This document shows positions 10,414-20,602 of a DNA stretch of 35,765 bases, piece by piece (the first letter of the stretch is position 1; every line of letters begins with the position of its first letter). The stretch is taken from NCBI GenBank assembly GCA_049599475.1, contig JBMYOQ010000043.1, positions 1 to 35,765 of the forward strand. The letters are read 5' to 3'. Under the pieces are notes generated by a model. That model was not told the origin of the DNA and searched no databases. It saw nothing but the letters and a program-made list of their open reading frames with translations. Source of the DNA: Opitutales bacterium. Its GTDB lineage: Bacteria; Verrucomicrobiota; Verrucomicrobiia; Opitutales; JABSRG01. Made by a program: the position numbers and the translations under genes.

Positions 10414-13400
10414 CTAAAGCAAATTAAGAGGGGCAGATTTTCTGAGCTTTAGTTTCAAGGCATCGCGATCGGCGAATGTGTCCCAGCCCAGATCGCGATA
10501 GAGGTCGATGCGCTTTTGGAAGGCATCTGTATCCCCTGGATTCTCCTTGAGGGCAGCATTGAGCTCTTTGAGAGAGAGGCCTAAGAGCTCCTGCTCTTTA
10601 TAATAGTCGCCCATAAGCTGGATGGTGTCCTCGGATGGCTCTTTTTCCCATCGTTTGAGTTCGACGTAGGCATTCTTAAATGCCTCTTCATCCTGAGTGA
10701 CTAAGGCGATGGCGGCCTCGAGGCGCCATGTATTCGCAATGAGCTTTTGAGCTTCTTTCATCTCGTCAGCTTCTTCCTTATTTTCCGAGCGCGTTTCGGT
10801 GTCGCCAGGGAAGGCCGCTGGTTGGGCACCTAGGAATTGAGCCACGGAATCGGGGTCGCTCAATTCGCGTGCCTTGGCGAGGTCTGTCAAAATAGCTTCT
10901 TTTGCTTCTAAATTGGGTTCAGGTTCTGGAGCTTCGTCGGGCTTCTCTGTATCTTCAGAGGCTTCCTCGTCTGCGGATGCTTCATTGCTGCTATCGGAAG
11001 CTTCGTCGTCTTTGGGCTCCTCCTTATGAGGCGCGGGCCGGCCCATAAACTCGGGAACCAGATAGGCGTGGATCGCATTGATTTTCGCTCCGATCAGATA
11101 TAGCTCGGCCTTATCTGAATGGGTTTCGATAAGCGACTCCAGAAGGCTGTCGCGCTTTGCCGCTAAATCCTTTTCCACAGCCTTGAGTTGAGCTTCGATG
11201 AACCCTTTCTTTTGCCCATAGAGCTTATCGTCTAAGTCTTCGAGAGGATCCTCATCTTTGTCGCCCTGTTTGGGTTTGGGTTCTGGATTGACCACTTCAC
11301 TGAAAACATCGCCTGGCTGTAACCAAATCGGGATCTTTGCGATGGTTTCGTCTTCCTTACTCTTTACTTCAAAGGTTCCGGTGACGAAGTCGGGCTTGTT
11401 TTTGAGTTTTGAGATGGCCTCTGCCTGAGTGTTCTTGAGGTAAAAAGTCTGATGCGTGTCGGCGGGTAGAGAGATTGTTTTAGCTGTGCCACCGCGAGAG
11501 GCTTTTGGAGTATTGGGGTAGACCGCGAGACCGCCGATTTTTGATTCCATTTTGATGAGGAGCGGGCGGTCCTCGGCGGCTTTTAGCAAGGATTCGTCAT
11601 AGGCGATGATATCGCGGGTTACGGAGATTTTGCCCTTCGTCAAAGCTGTGGGCTTCATGCGCCAGAGCGAACCGACAAAGGCGAGGTCTCCCTGGGCATC
11701 GTAGACGGTATACAGATCGCCTCCAAAATCTTGGAAAATATCGAAGGGGCGGCTGGAGGCGATTTCGATGGTAGCATCTTCCTCGAGTTCAAATGAGAAC
11801 GAATGCCTCAGGCGGAAGGGAGTAAAGGCGTCCTCCTGGCGGGGTGCTGGCGGAAAATGCATGCGCTCATCTCCGGGAAACCGCTCCATTTTTTCGGCGT
11901 ATTTTGAGATGAAGGCCGTATCGAGGTTTGCAGATATTTTGCCTTCGAGGTCTTGTAGCGGATGTAAGCGTAGAGTGCTGAAATCGTAGTTTTTAGCGAT
12001 GGCCAGCTCGTCACTGGATGCTCCGACTCCGATGAATTCGGACTCAAGCTCTAGGGTATAAGCGCCAGGTGTGCTCCAGTATTGATGGACGGTGATTTCA
12101 ACGACCTGTCCTCCGTGTACTTCGGCTAGGAGTGTCTTCTCCTCGCCGGGAGTGAACCAAAGATACTCGGTCAGATTCTTTTCGCGGAAGGAGGCGTCAT
12201 CGGCAAGGGAGAGGACGTTTATGACAAACCGGCGCCTCACGTCGGTCTGATCGTCTGGAAGTTTGACTGATAGCTTTAAGTGGTCTGCACGATCTGGAGC
12301 CTTTAGGAAAATGCGGCGTGTATTGCTGCTGGTGAGACTGATTGTTTCTTTGTGCTCATAGGTCTCCGGGTGAGACATCTCCTGAGGCTCTACAATCGTA
12401 ACTGGAAATTGAAACAGAGTGTTGCCTTCTGAATCGTCCGCGAGCTTGCCGATCAATTTCGCAAAGGCTGGGGTGCCCGCTTCGGGGAGTTTTTCGGCAT
12501 CTACGGTAAGCGTGAGACGTTGGCGGCCATTGGCGAGACGCGTATATTCGGGGCTTTTGAGCCAGGGCTCGGTGGTCGAGAGAGCTACATTAGCTTCCCA
12601 GTTGTAGGCTGTGGTATCGTCTGTGAATTCTGAAAATTCGGGTGTAATAGTAATGGGAATGTCTATCTTAGAGTCCCTTAGGTTTTCTCGAAGATAGAGT
12701 CCGGGGCCTGAGCGAAATGTGCCAGCGGGTCCTTCCAGGTTGTAGTGGATATCCCATGCGAATTCCTTTGCTTGAGATTTAAGGAACTCGAGAGCGGGCA
12801 AGGATTGGATGAGCCCGGCTCCTTCGGTAAAAGGTTCTTCGCCAGTGGCGATCGCGGTATTCATGAGTGCTGCCTTGATGCGCTCCGGGCTGTGGTCTAG
12901 CTCGAGTTGTTTGGCCGCACTGATGAGGAGGGCTCCGACTCCGGCCGCTGATGGGGCCGCCATGGAGGTGCCGTTGTAGAGTTGTGAGCCTCGCAGAGAG
13001 TCGCTCGCGAGGCTTGCGGTAGCGCCGCCAGGGGCGAAAATGTCGACGCCCAAATCTCCGCTTTTCCCAGGACCACGACTGGTGAAGCCATATCCCGTCT
13101 CAGGGTTTTCCTCTGAAAGTGCATACAGGTATTTTCCCATCTCGGGGGATACATAAGCTCCCACGCCGATTACGTGTTCTGCCTCACCGCCAGGTGAACC
13201 GAGGGTGGATAGCGCGGGACCATTATTGCCAGCCGACACAAAGGCGGTAACGCCATAATCGCGGACGAGCTTATTGTAGAGACGTGCGCTGAGGGCAGAG
13301 CCATCTTGATAGGTAGAGGCGCCTCCCCAGCTGGCATTCATAATATCCACCTTATTACGGGCGGCTGATGCGACCGCGCGCATTTCTCCAAAATAATTGG

Positions 13401-14442
13401 AGCTACCGCCAGCGCGGACGTCTCCCAAACGCACGGATAGAATTCTTGCTCCTGGAGCTATTCCATTGCGCTTCGGGTCTTCTGGAAAGTGGGCTGCGGC
13501 GATCGCGGCGACATGGGTGCCATGGGAGCCGCTCACGGTGACGATGCTTAAGAGTTTGCCGGAGTCATACACTTGCACGCCGAAGGTGGCTGAAACGGGA
13601 TCAGCAAAACGGGCGTATTCTCCCTCGATACCAAAGGGGCGGAGGATTTCTTCGTCGCCAAGGTCGCCATCTTCATCGGTGTCGATGATGACTTTGAAAA
13701 TATCGCCAGCTGACCACAGGATACAGTCGTAAACAGGGCCGGGGTCGTCTTTTAGAAAGCTCTTTTCCAAACCCTCGAGTAGAGATACCCGAGCTGCTTG
13801 ATCCTGCTCATCGAGGGTCCGATCGCTGGGATGTTTCTTTTCCCATGCACGCTCTTCCTCGGTCTCCGAGGCTTTGCGTTCGGCGCGCTCCTGATTATTT
13901 TTGAGCTGCCAGGCCTTCTTGCGTGCTTCCATGATGCGGCCCCACGGTGCTGGATGAAAGAGCTCCTTGGCGCGCTTCATACCGATATGAATCGTTCGCT
14001 CAGTGCCTTGAAGTTCCTCAGGAAGGGTGAGCTTTCGGCCAGTGAGTCCTTTGAGAGGCTTCTCTTCGTCTACCTCGGCAAGGTTGATCGTGTGGCTCAT
14101 ATCGACATCGCCAGCACCCGAGCCGTCGATTATGTCGACTAGTTTTCGCTCGCCGGTGGTCGTGGTTTGTAGGCCGTGCGCCGCGGGATCAACACCTGTA
14201 TCAAAGACCGCGATCACCACACCGCGCCCGTCATAGGTGGGGTGTTTTTCAAGAAATTCGAGTACGCCAGTTTCTCGCTTTGGAATCAGGGTGCTCTCGG
14301 CTCGCTCAATGTCAGGCTGGCCGAGTAAGCTGCTGGCCGAAAACAAAAGCGCTGCGGCCGATGAAAAGGTCGCCCTACCTTGCTGCAGGGATGTCAGTGT
14401 TCGTTTCTGTGGATGGTCAAGACGGCGGGGTTTCTGAATCAT
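10414..14442 (-). CDS. S8 subtilase closely resembling tripeptidyl-peptidase II
   Basis: [28 protein letters not shown]...GLQ.T..G..K.VDIID.SG.GDV is the TPPII N-terminal signature. Catalytic motifs [23 protein letters not shown] and NGTSMAAP are present, with a >200-aa insert between catalytic Asp and His and a long C-terminal region. Confidence 0.88.
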   Translation of the reverse strand: MIQKPRRLDHPQKRTLTSLQQGRATFSSAAALLFSASSLLGQPDIERAESTLIPKRETGVLEFLEKHPTYDGRGVVIAVFDTGVDPAAHGLQTTTTGERKLVDIIDGSGAGDVDMSHTINLAEVDEEKPLKGLTGRKLTLPEELQGTERTIHIGMKRAKELFHPAPWGRIMEARKKAWQLKNNQERAERKASETEEERAWEKKHPSDRTLDEQDQAARVSLLEGLEKSFLKDDPGPVYDCILWSAGDIFKVIIDTDEDGDLGDEEILRPFGIEGEYARFADPVSATFGVQVYDSGKLLSIVTVSGSHGTHVAAIAAAHFPEDPKRNGIAPGARILSVRLGDVRAGGSSNYFGEMRAVASAARNKVDIMNASWGGASTYQDGSALSARLYNKLVRDYGVTAFVSAGNNGPALSTLGSPGGEAEHVIGVGAYVSPEMGKYLYALSEENPETGYGFTSRGPGKSGDLGVDIFAPGGATASLASDSLRGSQLYNGTSMAAPSAAGVGALLISAAKQLELDHSPERIKAALMNTAIATGEEPFTEGAGLIQSLPALEFLKSQAKEFAWDIHYNLEGPAGTFRSGPGLYLRENLRDSKIDIPITITPEFSEFTDDTTAYNWEANVALSTTEPWLKSPEYTRLANGRQRLTLTVDAEKLPEAGTPAFAKLIGKLADDSEGNTLFQFPVTIVEPQEMSHPETYEHKETISLTSSNTRRIFLKAPDRADHLKLSVKLPDDQTDVRRRFVINVLSLADDASFREKNLTEYLWFTPGEEKTLLAEVHGGQVVEITVHQYWSTPGAYTLELESEFIGVGASSDELAIAKNYDFSTLRLHPLQDLEGKISANLDTAFISKYAEKMERFPGDERMHFPPAPRQEDAFTPFRLRHSFSFELEEDATIEIASSRPFDIFQDFGGDLYTVYDAQGDLAFVGSLWRMKPTALTKGKISVTRDIIAYDESLLKAAEDRPLLIKMESKIGGLAVYPNTPKASRGGTAKTISLPADTHQTFYLKNTQAEAISKLKNKPDFVTGTFEVKSKEDETIAKIPIWLQPGDVFSEVVNPEPKPKQGDKDEDPLEDLDDKLYGQKKGFIEAQLKAVEKDLAAKRDSLLESLIETHSDKAELYLIGAKINAIHAYLVPEFMGRPAPHKEEPKDDEASDSSNEASADEEASEDTEKPDEAPEPEPNLEAKEAILTDLAKARELSDPDSVAQFLGAQPAAFPGDTETRSENKEEADEMKEAQKLIANTWRLEAAIALVTQDEEAFKNAYVELKRWEKEPSEDTIQLMGDYYKEQELLGLSLKELNAALKENPGDTDAFQKRIDLYRDLGWDTFADRDALKLKLRKSAPLNLL

Positions 14443-15466
14443 CTGAAAATAAGACGGACTGTTCGGGCTCTTTTTCTAGAGGCAAGGACACGTCGTCGTG
14501 CTCGGGATGGATATGTCGTGGTGGTTTACGGACACGTTTACTGAGTGCGTATTCGTGTTCTTGGAGTATTTGATCGCAAATTTGATGGACATGCATTTTG
14601 AGCCAGCGACCAGTCTGGCTATTGGAACGATAATCGGCAGGACCGTAAGCATGTATACGTCCATTATTGAGGAGAGCGTCGTTTTGTGCAAATTCACCCT
14701 CCACTTCGGGGTTGTATACAGCGAACGCGCGACCGCCTCCTTTGCGAATGACAGAGAATACGGGTACATCTGAAGGGCCATCAGCCACGTAAATCATACG
14801 TTCCATGGGTATGCGGCGATCCTCTGGGCGCATGGTGGCATTTACATCAATGGACGGATTCTTGTTGGAGCCCTTGTTGATCTCGAAAATGTAGCGTGTC
14901 TTTATGGTGTTATCTACGATGACACCGAGCTGTGCGATTTCGTATTTGGTATCCAATACAAGCTCGTCTTGTTTTGTGAAATGAGGGGGAAGCGGGTTTT
15001 CGATAAATTCACATCCGAATATACCATCAACCTTATCGGCAATTTTGCTGCCACGAATCATCGCTGCTAGACCCGTGCTGATAATGTAGTGCTCGAGGCG
15101 TACGTCTGCTTTGACATATTCGGGGTGAGACTGGGGGATTTTTTTGAGTTCATCGAAAAAATCAGGGAGGCCTGGATAGAAATCGAGCTCTGCGCCGAGT
15201 TGCTGGAGTCGCTCGTTGGTCAATCCTGCTAGTTGCCCATGCCGTACGTAGGAAAGGATGTGGTTGAGGTAGATGGTGTCTCGCGACACGTGCTGGCCCT
15301 CTGCTGCGTAGGCGCCGGGAAGGGCGTTTACCTCGTCCCAAAATTGTTTCTCATCGACCCCAAATGCCTCGAAAATAGGGGTCTGCATATAGCCAGGGAT
15401 GAGGGTTTTATCGAAGTCCCAAAGACAGGCGATTATGTTGGGTGCGTGTAGTATTTCTTTGGCCAT
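14417..15466 (-). CDS. HAD-superfamily hydrolase
   Basis: WDFDKTL (motif I), IISTG (motif II), [10 protein letters not shown] (motif IV). Confidence 0.85.
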   Translation of the reverse strand: MAKEILHAPNIIACLWDFDKTLIPGYMQTPIFEAFGVDEKQFWDEVNALPGAYAAEGQHVSRDTIYLNHILSYVRHGQLAGLTNERLQQLGAELDFYPGLPDFFDELKKIPQSHPEYVKADVRLEHYIISTGLAAMIRGSKIADKVDGIFGCEFIENPLPPHFTKQDELVLDTKYEIAQLGVIVDNTIKTRYIFEINKGSNKNPSIDVNATMRPEDRRIPMERMIYVADGPSDVPVFSVIRKGGGRAFAVYNPEVEGEFAQNDALLNNGRIHAYGPADYRSNSQTGRWLKMHVHQICDQILQEHEYALSKRVRKPPRHIHPEHDDVSLPLEKEPEQSVLFSDDSETPPS

Positions 15467-15613
15467 GTTGGATGGTTGGTAAAAGATCTATTCTGAACAG
15501 CGGAGCAAAAAGCCTTAAATCGGAAGCTAAAAATTTCATTAACTTAGCTTTTGTCTAAGGCGCTCTGGATCCCTGCGCGTCGGCTCGACTGGAAACCCTG
15601 ACTTGGTAGCTCA

Positions 15614-15823
15614 TCAGCGGTTTTCTAAGCGTGCTCGAACGGTTTCCCAGGAGTCGTGCTGGTCAGGAGATTTTCTGAAGGCCGCATATCGCTTATCGAG
15701 ATTTTCTTCCTCTTCAACTCTCAGGGGAGCTTCATCTAATTCTGAAGGCAGATTGTCCTGGAGATCGTGAATTAAGAGGGGCTTTTCGGATTTTGATAAA
15801 TTACGCAGTTCCTTGGCCAACAT
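15614..15823 (-). CDS. Putative addiction-module antitoxin component (orphan, possibly decaying)
   Basis: 69 aa matching the pattern LS..EK..LI.DL.D.L...E.LD.R...F...P.....WE.VR.RL of the putative addiction module component family. No toxin ORF adjacent. Confidence 0.6.
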   Translation of the reverse strand: MLAKELRNLSKSEKPLLIHDLQDNLPSELDEAPLRVEEEENLDKRYAAFRKSPDQHDSWETVRARLENR

Positions 15824-15961
15824 GCACGTGAGCGTAGATTACGCCTAGGGGGCTGCAATGATTAAAATTTGAAGGATAAGGGCCTGTCGATTCCTCGCTT
15901 GAAAGGTGAAGGCAACTCTTTCAGGCTGCTTTGTTTCCCAAAACCCAGCCCTTTAGTTTTT

Positions 15962-17056
15962 ATGGACGGTATTCCACCGATAGACCCTTTTAAGAATAAG
16001 CTCGCTAAGCTCGATGCTCAGATGAATGAGCCTGATTTCTACAGCGATCAGCGCCGCGCTGCGTCTATTGGGCGTGAGCACCAGAAACTGACTCGATTGG
16101 TCGAGCTCTACGAGACTCTGATCAAGACGGAAAAGGATTTAGCGGATAATGAGGAGATGGTCGCGGATCCGGACATGGATGCCGAGATGAAGGAGCTCGC
16201 TGAGGCCGAGCTAGAGCCGCTCAAAGAGCAGTTGGTCACACTCAAGGAGCAAGTGCTTGTGGGAATGATTCCGCCCGAAGCCGCCGACGATCGCAACATC
16301 GTGATGGAAATCCGTGCGGGAGCCGGGGGCGACGAGGCCTCGTTGTTTGCCTCAGATTTATACCGCATGTATTCGCGTTTTGCGGAGCGTTGCGGTTGGA
16401 GCATCGAACCGATTAGCTTGAACGAGTCGGATACGGGCGGATTTAAGGAAGTCATTGTGGGCCTTAAGGGTGAGGAAGCCTACAAGGTCTTGAAATTTGA
16501 AAGTGGTGTGCACCGGGTGCAGCGTATTCCGGTGACGGAGAGTGGGGGACGCATTCACACCTCCACTGCGACGGTTGCTGTGCTTCCTGAAGCCGAGGAA
16601 GTGGATGTGCAGATCGACCCACAGGAGTTGGAAATCACGGTGGCTCGGGCGAGTGGCCCTGGAGGTCAGGGGGTAAACACTACCGATTCCGCTGTGCAAA
16701 TTCTCCACAAACCGACTGGCTTGATCGTAAAGTGCGCCGATGAACGCTCTCAGCTGAAGAATAAGACCAAGGCCATGGGCGTTCTGCGTTCTCGCCTGCT
16801 TCAGCGGAAACAGGAGGAAGAAGCGGCCAAGTATGCGGCCAACCGCAAAAGCCAAGTCGGTACCGGAGACCGCTCAGAGCGTATCCGCACCTACAATTTC
16901 CCGCAGAGTCGTATTACGGATCACCGCATCGGCCTGACTTTGCATAGTCTGGATGCGGCGATGGATGGCGAGATTAAGGAGATTGTAGACTCCTTGCACG
17001 CTGCGGATAATCAGTCGAAGGTGGAGGCCTTGCTCTCGGGCGACATCGAGGTTTAG
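15962..17056 (+). CDS. prfA: Peptide chain release factor 1
   Basis: [25 protein letters not shown] (PxT RF1 motif), [13 protein letters not shown]. The ATG at 15962 is preferred over the TTG at 15869. Confidence 0.96.
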   Translation: MDGIPPIDPFKNKLAKLDAQMNEPDFYSDQRRAASIGREHQKLTRLVELYETLIKTEKDLADNEEMVADPDMDAEMKELAEAELEPLKEQLVTLKEQVLVGMIPPEAADDRNIVMEIRAGAGGDEASLFASDLYRMYSRFAERCGWSIEPISLNESDTGGFKEVIVGLKGEEAYKVLKFESGVHRVQRIPVTESGGRIHTSTATVAVLPEAEEVDVQIDPQELEITVARASGPGGQGVNTTDSAVQILHKPTGLIVKCADERSQLKNKTKAMGVLRSRLLQRKQEEEAAKYAANRKSQVGTGDRSERIRTYNFPQSRITDHRIGLTLHSLDAAMDGEIKEIVDSLHAADNQSKVEALLSGDIEV

Positions 17057-17241
17057 GCCACCTTCGCAAAGTCGCTCCCGTCGCCTTAAAAGATCTGATC
17101 TGGCCCAAAATGAGTGTCCTTACCTCAACGAATCTCGATTCGCCTCGGATCGAAGCCCCCATTTTTGCCTCAGCCCGCTCTTTCCTTGCTCAGTCCCGAC
17201 TTCGTCGACGCGGCCTAATCCTTGCTTCTCGGCCCAACACG

Positions 17242-17270
17242 TTGATTTTTTTAGGATCAGGCCGTATATT
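17242..17270 (+). promoter_or_regulatory. Candidate sigma70 promoter giving a leaderless transcript
   Basis: TTGATT-17 nt-TATATT. The predicted start site coincides with the ATG at 17278. Confidence 0.45.
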
Positions 17271-17277
17271 TTAGAAT

Positions 17278-17748
17278 ATGTCGAAAGACTTTGCCGAAGT
17301 CATAGAACTTATCCGAAAGGAAGATCCCCGTTATGAAGGCGGGGCTTATTTCTTCGTGCGGCAGGCTCTAGACTTCACGCTGAGGCGCCTCAAGTCTGGC
17401 AAGCGTCAGAGGACAGGGAGTCATGTTTCGGGGGGCGAGCTCCTGGAAGGCATCAAGGATTTCGCGATCGAGCAATATGGTCCGATGGCCAAAACGCTAT
17501 TCGACACTTGGAATGTAAAGACCTGCGAAGATTTTGGCCGCATTGTCTTTCACTTGGTCGATTTTGGAGTGCTCGGGAAGACCGAGAATGACTCTGAGGA
17601 GGATTTTCAGGCCTGCTATACCTTTGAGGAGGCTTTTGAGCATCCATTTCTGCCACCCTCCAAGCTCAAGGAAATGCAGGATGAGCAGGGCGAAGCGGAG
17701 GCGGCTGAGGGATCTGATGAGACCGCGGAAAAGGAATCTGAGGGTTGA
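17278..17748 (+). CDS. Planctomycete/Verrucomicrobia-restricted conserved protein (Minf_1886 family)
   Basis: DPRY..GAY.FV..AL..T...HVSG.ELLEG......QYG.MA......W.....DFG.IVF.LV..G.L.K...D..EDF, followed by an acidic tail. Confidence 0.85.
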   Translation: MSKDFAEVIELIRKEDPRYEGGAYFFVRQALDFTLRRLKSGKRQRTGSHVSGGELLEGIKDFAIEQYGPMAKTLFDTWNVKTCEDFGRIVFHLVDFGVLGKTENDSEEDFQACYTFEEAFEHPFLPPSKLKEMQDEQGEAEAAEGSDETAEKESEG

Positions 17749-17796
17749 AGGCTGCTCGAGCTGAACGGTGATTTTATCTGTTTAACTGAGACGGAT

Positions 17797-17823
17797 TTGA
17801 CAAGTTTACCGGTTCTCTACGAT
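17797..17823 (+). promoter_or_regulatory. Candidate sigma70 promoter upstream of the APH-fold gene
   Basis: TTGACA-15 nt-TACGAT; the spacer is short. Confidence 0.3.
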
Positions 17824-17898
17824 ATGGGTAGCTGTAGCCGGTTCACTCTGTTGAGACGCTTGAGTCTGTGTGAGTAACGGCAGCACGGGAAAATTGAG

Positions 17899-18864
17899 TT
17901 GTTGCGCAATGGAAAATGTCCTTTGAGTGGACATGTGTTTTCCCAGGAGAGATTGGATGCAGTTCAAGTTTGGACGATGGAGCGGCTCGGTATTTCGGGC
18001 TCGTGGAAAGTCCAGAACCTCACGGCTGGTTTCTCCCGTTGTGTTCTCTGGCACATTATCCCTGAAAAGGGGCCGGAGTTGGTCGTGCGGGTTGTCGAGA
18101 GGGCGCAGTTTGAGCGTTTGGATCGAGCCTATCAGGTGCTTGAGCAGGCCTGGTCGCGCGATTTGCCGGTGAATGAGCCGCTTCTGTGTGAGGTGATTGA
18201 AGATGAGTGTGTGGTGATGGCCACTCGCTACATCGAAGGCGAGGACGGAGGGCACATTTTGCAGGGCCTCGAGGAATTCGAGCTCGAGGAAAGCGGGCGT
18301 GCTGCAGGGCTTCTCTTACGAGGTATCCATGCGCTTCCGGCCAAGGATAACACTGTCACAGACTGGGCTCGGCGAAGGATTCTGGAATATGAACGAAACC
18401 AAGCGGCGGCTTACGACGAGCAGCTGAGTTTCGCCGCCCAGGATCGTGTCGAAGACTTTTTGGAGGAGCGCCTAGGGACCCTGGCTCGAGCGACCATCGG
18501 CCTGCAGCACGACGGGTTTCACCCCCAAAACATGATATTCAAAGACAGGCGTCTGGCAGGTATCATCGGTTTCGAAAACTGTGATTCCGGAGATCCAATC
18601 GAGGACTTCTCTAAAGTGCCGTGGTTCACTGTCCCCTTAAGTGAGACCTTTGCCCGATCGCAGATAGATGCTTATCTCGATGGCTACCCGGTCGACCGTT
18701 TTTGGGAGCGTTACAACATCGCGGTGGCGATGAGTCTGTCTTCATCTCTGGTGTGGGCTCATCGCAATTACACACGTCAACGCGTCTTCCAATACCAGCA
18801 TCGCATCATGGAAGTGGTAAACACGCACGACTTCACCGACGGCGGGCCTCCAAGCTGGTATTGA
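17899..18864 (+). CDS. Aminoglycoside-phosphotransferase/choline-kinase-fold protein, probably catalytically degenerate
   Basis: LTAGFS, YIEGE, G..LR.IH, HDGFHPQN, GIIGFE..D.GDP.EDF. Start uncertain (TTG 17899, GTG 17935 or ATG 17977). Confidence 0.8.
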   Translation: MLRNGKCPLSGHVFSQERLDAVQVWTMERLGISGSWKVQNLTAGFSRCVLWHIIPEKGPELVVRVVERAQFERLDRAYQVLEQAWSRDLPVNEPLLCEVIEDECVVMATRYIEGEDGGHILQGLEEFELEESGRAAGLLLRGIHALPAKDNTVTDWARRRILEYERNQAAAYDEQLSFAAQDRVEDFLEERLGTLARATIGLQHDGFHPQNMIFKDRRLAGIIGFENCDSGDPIEDFSKVPWFTVPLSETFARSQIDAYLDGYPVDRFWERYNIAVAMSLSSSLVWAHRNYTRQRVFQYQHRIMEVVNTHDFTDGGPPSWY

Positions 18865-19005
18865 GTGGCTTGCGCGACTCGATGATTAAGCCGCCTTAGA
18901 ATAGTTCTATTGGATAAATCGGTAACACTCGTAAAGTTTGGAACGGTTCAGACGTTTATCCCTTGACGAACACCTAACAGAACTAGCACTTTCAGGAGTA
19001 TTCTT

Positions 19006-19608
19006 ATGTCTAAACCTCTCTTCCGCGCATATGCTGATGATTTGTCTACTGTTGTTGGTAAGATAGATTGGACAGTTCTGGAGCCCATTGCGCATGCCCT
19101 GGTTTTGGCATGGAAGAATGACAGCTCCATTTTTATTTGTGGAAATGGTGGGAGTGGCGGTAACGCCAATCACCTTGCGACAGATTTTGTATGGGGAGTG
19201 GCTCCTAATTCAGGTAAAGGTATGCGTGCGCAGGCGCTAACAGCTAATTCGAGTGTACTGACCTGCTTAGCAAATGATATTTCGTACGAAGAATCTTTCG
19301 CCGAACAGGTAAGAATTTTGGGCAGACCCAGGGATGTCCTTATTGTCATGTCCGGTAGTGGAAACTCGCCTAACATACTGCGGGCGATTCAGGCCGCTCA
19401 GGAAAAACAGATCACGACTATTGGTTTTTTGGGTTTTGATGGAGGCAAGGCCTTAGAAATGGTCGACCTCAAGTTACATTTTCCGATAAATGATATGCAG
19501 ATTTCTGAAGACTTGCAGCAGGTCGCGGGTCATATGCTAACGCGTTGGTTGAATGAGAATTATGAGGCGGCGCTCAGTGAAGTCAGCTTAGATTCTATCA
19601 ATGCGTAA
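19006..19608 (+). CDS. gmhA: SIS-domain phosphoheptose (sedoheptulose-7-phosphate) isomerase
   Basis: CGNGGSGGNANH, TCLAND, SGSGNSPN, GFDGG, MQISED. AGGAG ribosome-binding site at 18994-18998. Confidence 0.85.
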   Translation: MSKPLFRAYADDLSTVVGKIDWTVLEPIAHALVLAWKNDSSIFICGNGGSGGNANHLATDFVWGVAPNSGKGMRAQALTANSSVLTCLANDISYEESFAEQVRILGRPRDVLIVMSGSGNSPNILRAIQAAQEKQITTIGFLGFDGGKALEMVDLKLHFPINDMQISEDLQQVAGHMLTRWLNENYEAALSEVSLDSINA

Positions 19609-20593
19609 GTTAGCGGTCATCGGCAGTAATGCGTTTTCTGCTGCCTATTTCATTAAGGTAGCCCTCGAGGAGGGTTGGGATGTCGTGGGAATCTCGAGGT
19701 CGTCTGAGGTAGCGGAACCGTATCGTCCCTATGCTTGGGATTCACCTTCACATAAAGGGACTTTTCGTTTTGTTCAGGCCCATTTGGCAGACGACACTGA
19801 TAAAATCCTGAATGTCATTGAAGAGGAAGAAATTGCTTACGTGGTGAACTTTGCTTCGCTGGGGATGGTAGCTGAAAGCTGGCAGTATCCAAAGGATTAC
19901 TACGTGACGAATGTTGTTGGTAACGTAGCCCTCCACGAAGGACTGAGACGGTTTGATTTCCTGAAAAAATATGTTCATGTCTCTACTCCGGAGGTCTATG
20001 GTAATACGTCGGGTGACGTTAAAGAGGATTGTGTCTTCAACCCGAGTACTCCGTATGCCGCTTCACGTGCAGCGTGTGACCTTCATTTGCAGACTTTTGC
20101 GGCTCAATATGATTTTCCGGTAGTCTTTACGCGGGCGGCCAATGTGTTTGGTCCGGGGCAGCAGCCCTACCGTATCATCCCGCGAGCCATTTTGTGTGAT
20201 CGTTTACCAGAGACTCTACATTTGCACGGCGGTGGAGTATCTGTGCGCTCATTTATTCATATCCGCGATGTGTCCGTGGGTACTCTGATGCTTTTAGATA
20301 AAGGAGTAAACGGTGAGGCCTATCATCTTTCTACGGATCGTTACGTATCTATCCGTGAACTCGTTGAGTTGATATATGCGCGTATGGGTTCTGATTTCGC
20401 GTCGCGTGTCGAAGTATCACCAGAGCGCCCCGGAAAAGATCCAGCTTACTATCTGGATAGTCAAAAACTACATGATCTTGGTTGGCAGCCTCAAGTTTCG
20501 CTGGAGGATGGTATTGATGAGACTATTCGCTGGATCGATCAATATTTAGCACCGATTCGAGATTTACCTCTCGGTTATACGCATATTCGTTAA
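19601..20593 (+). CDS. NAD-dependent nucleotide-sugar epimerase/dehydratase (4,6-dehydratase-like SDR)
   Basis: IGSNAFSA, HVSTPEVYG, PSTPYAASRAA (YxxxR), R.ANVFGPGQ, RSFIHI.D. Overlaps the gmhA stop. Confidence 0.88.
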   Translation: MRKLAVIGSNAFSAAYFIKVALEEGWDVVGISRSSEVAEPYRPYAWDSPSHKGTFRFVQAHLADDTDKILNVIEEEEIAYVVNFASLGMVAESWQYPKDYYVTNVVGNVALHEGLRRFDFLKKYVHVSTPEVYGNTSGDVKEDCVFNPSTPYAASRAACDLHLQTFAAQYDFPVVFTRAANVFGPGQQPYRIIPRAILCDRLPETLHLHGGGVSVRSFIHIRDVSVGTLMLLDKGVNGEAYHLSTDRYVSIRELVELIYARMGSDFASRVEVSPERPGKDPAYYLDSQKLHDLGWQPQVSLEDGIDETIRWIDQYLAPIRDLPLGYTHIR

Positions 20594-20602
20594 CGTTTTG
20601 TA

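Noticed and set aside
15512..15561. Imperfect hairpin gcctta..aagctaa/ttagctt..taaggc
   Set aside because: AT-rich with a large loop, and cannot be assigned as a terminator or ncRNA from sequence alone.
15869..15961. 31-aa N-terminal extension of RF1
   Set aside because: Arises from the ORF caller choosing a TTG. The ATG at 15962 gives a normal-length RF1.
17057..17241. Possible ncRNA or prmC remnant after prfA
   Set aside because: No tRNA/ncRNA hallmarks or methyltransferase motifs found.
20040..20075. YxxxR instead of YxxxK in the first SDR as a sign of inactivation
   Set aside because: Conservative change in an otherwise intact gene; more likely a subfamily trait.
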